From an uncultured Candidatus Saccharibacteria bacterium (GTDB lineage: Bacteria > Patescibacteriota > Minisyncoccia > Phycocordibacterales > PALSA-1337), in NCBI GenBank assembly GCA_964403205.1, contig CAYOER010000005.1, positions 1 through 42,190 of the forward strand: a stretch of 42,190 bases of DNA, in the 5' to 3' direction. This document shows positions 1 through 8,140 of the stretch, piece after piece. Below the pieces are notes generated by a model. The model saw only the letters and a list, made by a program, of their open reading frames with translations, was not told the DNA's origin and searched no databases. Position 1 is the stretch's first letter. Each line of letters starts with the position of its first letter. The position numbers were made by a program, and so were the translations under genes.

Positions 1-91
1 CTGCGTTTTCTAATATTTTAGGTGTACCAGCTTCCATCACTGCTACTGCAGAGTTGGTGGTACCTAGGTCGATTCCGATTATTTTAGACAT
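1..91 (-). CDS. dnaK: Chaperone DnaK (Hsp70), N-terminal fragment; continues beyond window start
   Basis: Manual translation from ATG at 91: [30 protein letters not shown], the Hsp70 signature; grpE nearby. Confidence 0.96.
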   Translation of the reverse strand, partial: MSKIIGIDLGTTNSAVAVMEAGTPKILENA

Positions 92-135
92 AGTTAAATA
101 GATTAAATTATAATGTTAATAATAAAACAAAATAA

Positions 136-438
136 TTATCTATTTGCTGGCGCTCTCGTAGGTTGACTCATTAAAAATTCAAGAGAAAAATACGGAGAAA
201 GTATAGGAGTGAAAGCAATAGAAGAATCAATAGAAACTTTAGGAGATTTTATACATGAAAGACATAATACTTTTTCTTTTTCAACCTTAGAAACTAGAGG
301 TTCAGCTGAAATCACATGTCCTCGGAATACGCCGTCTACTTCTATAATAGTGAATCTAACACGGACAAGAACACCATTCTTATCTTCTACTATTCTTTCG
401 AAAATACTATTCAGTTGTCTATTTTCTAAAGCTAACAT
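136..438 (-). CDS. Hypothetical protein upstream of dnaK (C-terminus ...SQPTRAPANR)
   Basis: 100-aa ORF co-oriented with dnaK, 44 bp gap; no family recognised. Confidence 0.65.
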   Translation of the reverse strand: MLALENRQLNSIFERIVEDKNGVLVRVRFTIIEVDGVFRGHVISAEPLVSKVEKEKVLCLSCIKSPKVSIDSSIAFTPILSPYFSLEFLMSQPTRAPANR

Positions 439-477
439 TATGTATGTATTATATATTATTTGACACTTTTTTCAAGT

Positions 478-506
478 TTGCATTATAATTAAACTTATGA
501 TATAGT
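478..506 (+). promoter_or_regulatory. Putative sigma70 promoter
   Basis: TTGCAT (478-483), 17 bp spacer, TATAGT (501-506), with TG at 498-499. Confidence 0.45.
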
Positions 507-508
507 AT

Positions 509-698
509 GGGTGGATCATTTCTAACACCAGCACTCACCACGGCGTCAAGCAAAAGGTGCTGTCTTCAAATAAACCTGGTGATCCAGCCCGTCTCGCTCC
601 AGGATCCTCAGAGACAAATAGTCCCCAAGAAGCCGACCCTGTCGTGAACAGACATCCTACCGTTGATAAGTATGATGTAGGGGTCGGCTCTTCTTTTA
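509..698 (+). ncRNA. Candidate structured non-coding RNA (~190 nt), family unknown
   Basis: GC-rich intergenic island with stems 509-518/580-590, 529-534/557-562, 591-595/611-615 and 631-639/681-689, followed by a T-tract; promoter immediately upstream. Confidence 0.45.
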
Positions 699-750
699 CC
701 TGAATCTCGATAAAACAGTATAATATGATACAGTTATAGAGGAGAAAATT

Positions 751-891
751 ATGAATACAACACAGATCTTTGGGGTATGTCTACTAGTCATACTCTTCAT
801 CATCACAATAATCTCATATATAGCCAATAAAGACGGCGTAGATCACACTCCTCCGGAAGAGAAAGGTTCGGAGAGAGAAAATGCATGGTAG
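751..891 (+). CDS. Small single-pass membrane protein (46 aa), not in the ORF track
   Basis: MNTTQIFGVCLLVILFIITIISYIANKDGVDHTPPEEKGSERENAW; GAGGAG Shine-Dalgarno at 739-744; terminator hairpin downstream. Confidence 0.65.
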   Translation: MNTTQIFGVCLLVILFIITIISYIANKDGVDHTPPEEKGSERENAW

Positions 892-916
892 TTTGTAAGT
901 AACTAATAACTTTCTC

Positions 917-954
917 AAAGAGGCCATAGACTTATGTCATGAGCCTTTTCTTTT
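917..954. terminator. Probable intrinsic terminator between the small ORF and the convergent grpE
   Basis: Imperfect hairpin AGGC-CATAGAC-ttat-GTC-ATG-a-GCCT followed by TTTCTTTT. Confidence 0.5.
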
Positions 955-972
955 ACCTAAATCTTATTTTAA

Positions 973-1524
973 TTATTTCTTATAGTCCCCCACCTTTACC
1001 TTTGGTGCTTTGATTATCTTTCCATTTAGCTCATAACCTTTCTGTATAACAGCAGTAACTGTATGATCTTTCTTTTCATCATCAACTATTTCATGTTCTA
1101 CTGCTTCATCTCTCATAGGGTCAAAGGGTTTATCTATAGGATCAATCTCTTTTAAACCAAAATCTCCTAATACTTTCTTCAATTGATTAGCAATATACTC
1201 AACACCAGTACGCCAATTCTTATCTGCTTTTTCCCAAGCTTCCTTATTATTCATTGCCATATGGAAACTATCGAGAACTGGTACAAGCTCGCTTATTAGA
1301 CTTTCATTTGAAAATTTTATAAACTCCTTCTGTGATTCCTGATCACGCTTGCGAACATTTATAAATTCTGCTTTATCTCTCTGCCAGCCATCTAGATACT
1401 CCTGCTTTTCTTTCAAAGCTGTTTTCAATTTCTCTCGAAGATTTTTTATTGTTTCTTGAGTAGATTCTTCTGCAATTACAGAATCATCGAGATTTTCATC
1501 TGTTTCAATTTTTATATCATCCAT
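973..1524 (-). CDS. grpE: Nucleotide exchange factor GrpE
   Basis: QRDKAEFIN, LVPVLDSF, FDP..EAV and QKGYELNG motifs. Confidence 0.96.
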   Translation of the reverse strand: MDDIKIETDENLDDSVIAEESTQETIKNLREKLKTALKEKQEYLDGWQRDKAEFINVRKRDQESQKEFIKFSNESLISELVPVLDSFHMAMNNKEAWEKADKNWRTGVEYIANQLKKVLGDFGLKEIDPIDKPFDPMRDEAVEHEIVDDEKKDHTVTAVIQKGYELNGKIIKAPKVKVGDYKK

Positions 1525-1545
1525 ATTAGATAGTATAGATTACAA

Positions 1546-1968
1546 TTACCTTTTACTCCACTGTGGACTCTTACGAGCTTTCTTCAAACCGAATTTTCTT
1601 CTTTCCTTTGCTCTCGGATCACGCTTTAGAAGCCCTGCCTTTTTTAGCTTTCCTCTGAGTTCTTTATCGTATTCTACTAGAGCACGAGCTATACCTAGCT
1701 TTATAGCATCTGCATGGCCACTTATACCTCCACCAGTAACTCTTGCTGTAATATGAAACTTTGTAGTAGATAACTTTGAAGTATGGAATGATTCTTCTAC
1801 ATTCATACGGAGCTCTCTCGTAGGAAAATATTCTTCTAGACTTTTATTATTTATTTCATAAGACATCTTTGTAGATGGTGTTATACGTACACGTGCTATA
1901 GCAGTCTTTCTTCTACCTATTGCTTCTATATATCTTTCCCCTATTGTCTTGTTTAATATTGTATTCAT
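1546..1968 (-). CDS. rpsI: 30S ribosomal protein S9
   Basis: GRRKTAIARV, GGGISG and C-terminal KARKSPQWSKR. Confidence 0.98.
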   Translation of the reverse strand: MNTILNKTIGERYIEAIGRRKTAIARVRITPSTKMSYEINNKSLEEYFPTRELRMNVEESFHTSKLSTTKFHITARVTGGGISGHADAIKLGIARALVEYDKELRGKLKKAGLLKRDPRAKERRKFGLKKARKSPQWSKR

Positions 1969-1973
1969 ATTGT

Positions 1974-2318
1974 TTATTCTGTAATAGTAAGATTCTTCAT
2001 CATAATTCTTCGTAGAGTATTGGCAGGTAACATACGGTATATAGCTCTATGGAAAGCTTCTGTTATACCCTTTCTACCGATAAGATGAGATAGAGTCTCT
2101 GTATTTATCCCACCTCTGAAACCTGTAAAAGTTATATATTCTTTATTATCTTTCTTTTTCAAATCAATATCTGCTTTACCACAATTGATTATTGATACTT
2201 TTACATCTACAGCTTTATTTCTTACATAATTAACAGAATTCTTACCCATTAGTAAATGTGCTGCTTCACTAGCTATTCTTCCCATCTTTTTACCTTTTGC
2301 ATCTATTATATAATTCAT
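1974..2318 (-). CDS. rplM: 50S ribosomal protein L13 (short form)
   Basis: IIDAKGKKMGRIASEAA..LMGK and AIYRMLP; directly upstream of rpsI. Confidence 0.95.
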   Translation of the reverse strand: MNYIIDAKGKKMGRIASEAAHLLMGKNSVNYVRNKAVDVKVSIINCGKADIDLKKKDNKEYITFTGFRGGINTETLSHLIGRKGITEAFHRAIYRMLPANTLRRIMMKNLTITE

Positions 2319-2326
2319 AATTTTAT

Positions 2327-2677
2327 TTATACAAATTCAATCATAGCCATAGGAGCAGAGTCAAGATCTCTCAATGGAAGTCTGATTATCCTAGTATATC
2401 CACCATTTCTACTCTTATATTTTGGTGCAATATCTGCGAAAAGAGTTTTTACTTCTTTTTCACCCATTATTCTTTTCATAACCAATCTTCTAGCAGCCAG
2501 AGTATCTGTCTTTGCCTTGGTTATTAGTTTCTCTATGAATGGACGTAGGGACTTGGCCTTTGGGAGTGTTGTTTTTATTTTCCCTTCATTTATTAGATTC
2601 CTAGAAAGAGAACGCATCAGAGCGTCTCTCTGAACCATTTCTCTACCGAATTTTCTTTTTGAAGAATGATGTCTCAT
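2327..2677 (-). CDS. rplQ: 50S ribosomal protein L17
   Basis: MRHH..KRKFGR, IKTTLPKAK and RNGGYTRIIRL. Confidence 0.98.
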   Translation of the reverse strand: MRHHSSKRKFGREMVQRDALMRSLSRNLINEGKIKTTLPKAKSLRPFIEKLITKAKTDTLAARRLVMKRIMGEKEVKTLFADIAPKYKSRNGGYTRIIRLPLRDLDSAPMAMIEFV

Positions 2678-2686
2678 TTTACTTGT

Positions 2687-3658
2687 TTATTTTAAATTTA
2701 TACTGTATCCAGCTAGAACTTTCTTTATTTCTTGTATGCCTTTATTTCCTAAACCATCAATATCTAGTATATCTGCTTCTTTCTTCCTTGCTAGCCCTCC
2801 GACAGTACGGATATTGGCATTGGAAAGTGCCTTCACTGTTCTTGGAGATAGACCTATTGCATCTATGCGAGTCTTTAGGAATTCCATATCCAATTCACCT
2901 TTTGATTCTATAGAATTATCTGAATCCTCTTTTACTTCTTCTTTTATTTCTTCAACTTTTTCTTCTTCTTTGAAACCTATTATTGATTTTAATTGAGAAA
3001 TCATAATAGTTATAGACTGCTCTAGAGCTTCTCTAGGGGAAATAGTACCATCTGTTTCTATTGTTATACGCAATCTATTGAAATCTGTTCTATCACCAAC
3101 ACGCATATTCTCAACTTCATAATTCACCTTTCTTACTGGAGTAAATATAGCATCTAATGAGATAGTACCGATATCAACTCTGTCTTTATGTAATATTTCT
3201 TTTGAAAGATAACCTAGACCCTTCTCTACTGTTATCTCCATATCCAATTCTGAACTTTTATCAGTAAGGGTAGCTATTTCTAGATCTGGATTTACTATTT
3301 CTACTTGGCCTGGATATTCTATATCACCTGCCTTTATAGTCTTTAGCCCTTTTGCTTTTATATTTAGAACTTGTGGTTCATCTGTAGATAGTCTAGTACG
3401 GAGCTTCTTCAAATTTAGAAGTATAGTGATTACATCTTCTTTAATACCAGAAATAGAAGAGAATTCATGTTCAACACCCTTTATCTTTACCTTTGTTACA
3501 GCAGAACCAGATAGAGAAGATAATATAATACGACGTAGGGAATTGCCTAGTGTATGCCCATATCCTGGATAAAACCCATCCATTTCATAAACACCGACAA
3601 AACCATTCTCCTCTATTATCTTTGGCTTTGATGGTATCACTATAGTATTCATAGACAT
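2687..3658 (-). CDS. rpoA: RNA polymerase subunit alpha
   Basis: GYGHTLGNSLRRIILSSL, HEFS..GIKEDV and an alpha-CTD. Confidence 0.98.
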   Translation of the reverse strand: MSMNTIVIPSKPKIIEENGFVGVYEMDGFYPGYGHTLGNSLRRIILSSLSGSAVTKVKIKGVEHEFSSISGIKEDVITILLNLKKLRTRLSTDEPQVLNIKAKGLKTIKAGDIEYPGQVEIVNPDLEIATLTDKSSELDMEITVEKGLGYLSKEILHKDRVDIGTISLDAIFTPVRKVNYEVENMRVGDRTDFNRLRITIETDGTISPREALEQSITIMISQLKSIIGFKEEEKVEEIKEEVKEDSDNSIESKGELDMEFLKTRIDAIGLSPRTVKALSNANIRTVGGLARKKEADILDIDGLGNKGIQEIKKVLAGYSINLK

Positions 3659-3689
3659 ATATTTATTATTAAAAAATTAATTTGTAAAA

Positions 3690-4298
3690 TTAACGACTAT
3701 AAAATTCGAGCACAGCTCCGACATTGAATAATAGCTCACTTTCCAATGCATTTGGAATCCCATCTACAGTCATTTCTTTCTTGTCAAAGTTGAGCTTGAG
3801 CCATGGTGGTAACTTCATGCTTTTCAATCTTTCATCCAGACTGTTAAATAGTGCCTTTTTCTTGCTACCTTCTCTTATACTTATAATATCTCCAACTTTC
3901 ACTTCATATGAAGGAATAGTGACTTTGACACCATTTACTATTAGATGTCCATGGGATACCATCTGTCTAGCTGCTTGTCTAGTAGGGGCAAATCCAGATC
4001 GGAGTGCAACATTATCTAAGCGTCCTTCTAGCTTTCTAATCAATAATTCTCGAGAATTACCCTTTTTATCTATTGCTTGCTTTACGTATTTTGTAAATTG
4101 CTTCGATGTAATACCATAGCTCCATCTTGCCTTCTGTTTCTCTAGCATTCCGAGTCCATATTCGCTCTTTACACCTCCTCTTTTTTTAGAATTTTCTCTC
4201 TTTTTCTCTGCACGAATAGCGTACTTCTGAGTCTGAGTTTTCTCAAATACTGGTGCACCGAGGCGTCTTGCTATTTTGTATTTTGGTCCAATTATCAT
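3690..4298 (-). CDS. rpsD: 30S ribosomal protein S4
   Basis: LEGRLDNV and ARQMVSHGH S4 motifs. Confidence 0.98.
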   Translation of the reverse strand: MIIGPKYKIARRLGAPVFEKTQTQKYAIRAEKKRENSKKRGGVKSEYGLGMLEKQKARWSYGITSKQFTKYVKQAIDKKGNSRELLIRKLEGRLDNVALRSGFAPTRQAARQMVSHGHLIVNGVKVTIPSYEVKVGDIISIREGSKKKALFNSLDERLKSMKLPPWLKLNFDKKEMTVDGIPNALESELLFNVGAVLEFYSR

Positions 4299-4312
4299 TT
4301 TATTTATTAAAA

Positions 4313-4759
4313 TTATACTCTTCTTGGTTTCTTAGGCTGTGGTCCATTGAATGGTACAGGTGTTGTGTCCTTTATTGATAATATATTGACACCTTTAGAG
4401 ATGAATCCTCTAATAGCACTCTCACGGCCAGATCCTACACCCTTTACTACAACATCTATTTCTTTCAATCCATAAGTCTGAGCCTTTGTAGCTAGAGTTT
4501 CTCCTACCTTGGCAGCGGCAAATGGTGTGCCTTTCTTTGCACCTTTGAAACCTAGAGTTCCACTCGAAGACCACATTATGGCTTTACCATCTCTATCTGT
4601 TAATAAGACTTTAGTATTATTATAGGTAGATTGAACATGCAATATTCCAGAATCTAAACGCTTAGAAGAAGAGACTTGCTTTGCAGGAGCGTCCTTTGCA
4701 CCGTCTTTTGATGCTACTTTTTTCTCTCCTTCGGTTGTTACAATTCTTTTTTTACCCAT
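4313..4759 (-). CDS. rpsK: 30S ribosomal protein S11
   Basis: STYNNT, GFKGAKKGTPFAA and DTTPVPFNG. Confidence 0.98.
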   Translation of the reverse strand: MGKKRIVTTEGEKKVASKDGAKDAPAKQVSSSKRLDSGILHVQSTYNNTKVLLTDRDGKAIMWSSSGTLGFKGAKKGTPFAAAKVGETLATKAQTYGLKEIDVVVKGVGSGRESAIRGFISKGVNILSIKDTTPVPFNGPQPKKPRRV

Positions 4760-4800
4760 TTTATTTATTATATTTATATATTATACCTATACATTATCTA

Positions 4801-5181
4801 TTATTTCTTCTCTTCTTTCTTTCTTCCGGAACCCATGGTCTTCCTAACATTTCCTCTTAGAGTTCTAGAATTTGTCTTTGTTCTCTGACCACGAGAAGGA
4901 AGTTTCCTAGCATGACGCATACCTCTATATGTCTTTATATCTTTCAATCTCTTTATATTCCCAGCAACTTCTCTTTTCAAATCTCCTTCTATACGGAAGG
5001 ATTCTATTATCTTTCTTATTTCATTTTCCTGTTCAACAGTTAGATCCTTTGATGTTATATCTGTAGAAACTTTAGCTTTTTTCAAAATAAAAAGGGCTCT
5101 TGATCTCCCTATACCATAAAGCTCCGTCAGTGCAATCGGAAGTCGCTTAGTATCTGGAATTGTAATACCTAATATACGCAT
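4801..5181 (-). CDS. rpsM: 30S ribosomal protein S13
   Basis: LYGIGRSRA and YRGMRH..KLPSRGQRTKTNSRT. Confidence 0.98.
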   Translation of the reverse strand: MRILGITIPDTKRLPIALTELYGIGRSRALFILKKAKVSTDITSKDLTVEQENEIRKIIESFRIEGDLKREVAGNIKRLKDIKTYRGMRHARKLPSRGQRTKTNSRTLRGNVRKTMGSGRKKEEKK

Positions 5182-5187
5182 AAATAT

Positions 5188-5304
5188 TTATCCTTGTCTT
5201 TGTTTGTGACGGGGGTTAGAGGAACAGATAACATAAACATACCCTTTTCTTCGGACCACGCTACATTTTGAACAAATCTTTTTTACTGAAGCTTTTACTT
5301 TCAT
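5188..5304 (-). CDS. rpmJ: 50S ribosomal protein L36 (missed by ORF track)
   Basis: Manual translation [38 protein letters not shown]; between infA and rpsM. Confidence 0.97.
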   Translation of the reverse strand: MKVKASVKKICSKCSVVRRKGYVYVICSSNPRHKQRQG

Positions 5305-5306
5305 AT

Positions 5307-5555
5307 TTAAAGTCTTTTACTAATCCTAGCTCGTCCGCCATATGGATCAAGAGTAAGCTCTACCTTGTCCCCAATGAGTACCTTTATACGATGCATTCTC
5401 ATTTTACCGGCTAAATATGCCATAACAATATCATCTTTCCCATCAATTTTTACCCTAAATAGGGTATTCGGCAAGGCTTCTACAACAACTCCATAAGATG
5501 TATTTGTTGTATTGTTTTGCTTCAAATTATTGGAATTATTGATATCTTGTTGCAT
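5307..5555 (-). CDS. infA: Translation initiation factor IF-1
   Basis: [14 protein letters not shown] and [20 protein letters not shown]; ATG at 5555 (the ORF track uses TTG at 5558). Confidence 0.96.
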   Translation of the reverse strand: MQQDINNSNNLKQNNTTNTSYGVVVEALPNTLFRVKIDGKDDIVMAYLAGKMRMHRIKVLIGDKVELTLDPYGGRARISKRL

Positions 5556-5599
5556 CAATTTGGCACGTCTAACAATCCTAACAAAGGATTATAAAAAAG

Positions 5600-6958
5600 T
5601 CAATGTTTTACCTCTATAGTTATATCTTTAGAAGTATTTGGGAAAGATCTCATCCAAAAAGGTGTGATTCTAGAATAGGCATTATCTATTGATGGATAAT
5701 CTCTGAAAACACTTGGGCTTTCATTTAATTTTATGCCTTTTAATTTATCTTTCAATTCTTCTTGATTGAGTTTACCAGTAATCTTTACCTTTCCTTTCAC
5801 TATAAAATTGAGTGGACTAGCGATCCTAGGAGAAAAGTCTTTTTGATTTATTATAGAGAAACTAATACTATCCAATCCATCTATATCATATTCTGTAGTA
5901 GGAAAATTATTGATATCTTTATCTGCTATTACTTTTATAAGGACATTTTTCTTGAATACTATACCGTATATTGTAGCGGTTGTAGATATAAATGCATGTT
6001 CTGCATCTTTCCTACTAGGTTCTGGAGTATCGTATTCTATAATATATGCATCAGAGAACATTATGCGATCAGTCAATACTTTTGACTTTATTTCTTCGGA
6101 AAGCTTTGTCTTTAGAGATTCTTTCATATTATCTACCGTAGCTTTCTTTATATCGTCTGGAACATTCTTCTTATTACCTTTGAATCCACCTATTATGTCT
6201 GTTTTCATCTTTGCATAGACTGTACTATATCTAGTCGTGCCTTTAAAAGCCACAATATTCAGAACTGAATCATTCAATCTACTATTATAATCACTACCAC
6301 TTTGATCTGCTATAACCTTTACCGATATAGATCCTGGTACTAGCCTTCCATCTACTGTTCTGGACTTTGGTATAACGATAGCAGAGACAGTTCTATATAT
6401 AATACCCGGGGAATTGGAAAGTCTAGTGCCAGCAATAAGAGTCTGTTGAGCTGATTGTTCATTGTATATATTGACCATACCAGAAGCCTTCGTCTCTATC
6501 ATAGGACCATCAGAAGCTAGAACGCTCTGCTCTATAGAGCTAGTAGCTGTGATTATCTCATATGCTAGATCTGGGAATTTAGCATCTCTATTAGCAGTGA
6601 ATGTACCATTAGTATTTATTTCTGCAGTCTTTGGTATCACAGTTACTACAGCTTTCAAATATAGTAGGGATGATGCAGCAGCGATAATAGCTACACCTAG
6701 GAAAATAATAAGAAATGTAAATAAAGTACCTATAATTCTTCTTTTCTTTGTTTCTTTTATTGGATTGTCTTTATTAGAGCCGTTATTTATATTTACGATT
6801 TCATCTACTATATCTTCATCTATTACTGGTACTTTCTTTGGTAATTCTTCTTCTTGAATTTTATTTATCTTTATACCAGCGCGTTTTGTAATAGAAAGAT
6901 TGCGAATTGTACGCCTATTATTTGGTACTATATCTTGTACTATTCTTTTTTCATTCAT
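5600..6958 (-). CDS. Single-pass membrane protein with a baseplate-J-like extracellular region (tentative)
   Basis: One TM segment, then KASGMVNIYN..QTLIAGTRL..PGSISVKVIADQSGSDYN, resembling baseplate J/gp47-like proteins; recognised by eye only. Confidence 0.55.
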   Translation of the reverse strand: MNEKRIVQDIVPNNRRTIRNLSITKRAGIKINKIQEEELPKKVPVIDEDIVDEIVNINNGSNKDNPIKETKKRRIIGTLFTFLIIFLGVAIIAAASSLLYLKAVVTVIPKTAEINTNGTFTANRDAKFPDLAYEIITATSSIEQSVLASDGPMIETKASGMVNIYNEQSAQQTLIAGTRLSNSPGIIYRTVSAIVIPKSRTVDGRLVPGSISVKVIADQSGSDYNSRLNDSVLNIVAFKGTTRYSTVYAKMKTDIIGGFKGNKKNVPDDIKKATVDNMKESLKTKLSEEIKSKVLTDRIMFSDAYIIEYDTPEPSRKDAEHAFISTTATIYGIVFKKNVLIKVIADKDINNFPTTEYDIDGLDSISFSIINQKDFSPRIASPLNFIVKGKVKITGKLNQEELKDKLKGIKLNESPSVFRDYPSIDNAYSRITPFWMRSFPNTSKDITIEVKH

Positions 6959-6970
6959 ATATTATGATAA

Positions 6971-8116
6971 TTATACCATACCATCTAGAGCAAAAGCATA
7001 TATACCGATAAGAGAATTCTTCTCTATAGTGCCTTCGAAGACTACAGCTTTATCTATAAATGAATCATCAAAAGAGAAAACCTCTAGATGCTCTTTTTCT
7101 ATTATATTTTTAAAAATATTGAAATGTCTATGTATAGATAGATATATAGAATATGGTGTTGTTTTCTTGCCCTCCATATCTGTAATTGATTTCAAAAAAG
7201 ATACTTTCCACTCCTCTAGAATAGGTGTCAATAATTTTGACACTTTCTGTTCTTCATTTTTATTTAATTTACCATCTTCATACATAGATATAGAAGAATC
7301 TGCAATCTTTATTGTATTTTTCATAGATTCAGCAAGCATTCTAACCATAGTGGTTCTGCCAAATGGAAAAGAAGATAGATGTGAGCTAAAATTATTTCTT
7401 ATAATTACTATATCTGTCAATTCACCATGCACATGAACTGATATATATTCATTTTTATTATCAATAAGTAAACGTAGAGCAGTGTATCTTAATAATAATG
7501 CAGAATGATAATGGAATTTCTTAACCTTTATAAAATTCTTTATCATTTTATCTAACTTTTTCAGAACTTTATCTGAGCTAAATGTAGTTGCAAAAGATAT
7601 TTCAAGGAATTTTGCTTTCTTACCTTTATATTCAGAGACAGAATATCCATTCAATTTTACATCGAAAATATTTTCTTCTATGAAAGCAATATCGTATTCA
7701 TATTCTTTACTAAGATTACCTTCTTTGAATTTTGCAGATAATTCTTTCCTTTCTTTATTTATAATATCTAAAATAGTAGAGTCTTTTATTTCTGTCTCTG
7801 TATCGTATTCAATCTTTACTGTTTTTGACTGAGGTATAACCCATGGTGAAGATAATATATAGTGCACAGACTTTATGTCTTTTATACCATCTCTTACCAT
7901 TCTATTACATATATCAGAAACAGATTTTACCATAAGCTCAGTGATCCTATTACCATCTACTTTTGATTCGAAAGATATACTCTGATTAGAAGTATAGATA
8001 ACATGTGGTTTATCTGTATTGGAAAATGAAATAAGAGCTACGCGGACTAGATCACTCTGAATATCGATTATAAGAGAAATGCCACTCTCTGTATTTTTAG
8101 TATTCAAAGAAAACAT
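6971..8116 (-). CDS. Degenerate actin-fold (FtsA/PilM-like) protein
   Basis: N-terminal IIDIQSDLVR (phosphate-1-like), VHVHGELTDI (phosphate-2-like) and SFPFG. Confidence 0.5.
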   Translation of the reverse strand: MFSLNTKNTESGISLIIDIQSDLVRVALISFSNTDKPHVIYTSNQSISFESKVDGNRITELMVKSVSDICNRMVRDGIKDIKSVHYILSSPWVIPQSKTVKIEYDTETEIKDSTILDIINKERKELSAKFKEGNLSKEYEYDIAFIEENIFDVKLNGYSVSEYKGKKAKFLEISFATTFSSDKVLKKLDKMIKNFIKVKKFHYHSALLLRYTALRLLIDNKNEYISVHVHGELTDIVIIRNNFSSHLSSFPFGRTTMVRMLAESMKNTIKIADSSISMYEDGKLNKNEEQKVSKLLTPILEEWKVSFLKSITDMEGKKTTPYSIYLSIHRHFNIFKNIIEKEHLEVFSFDDSFIDKAVVFEGTIEKNSLIGIYAFALDGMV

Positions 8117-8140
8117 AGAGACATTATAACATGAGTGTTT

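Noticed and set aside
529-562. CIRCE (HrcA operator) near dnaK/grpE
   Set aside because: Only an AGCACTC half-site; the GAGTGCTAA arm at 9-bp spacing is absent.
5600-6958. Prophage implied by baseplate-like and fibre-like proteins
   Set aside because: No terminase, capsid, portal or integrase; the genes sit in a chromosomal housekeeping context.
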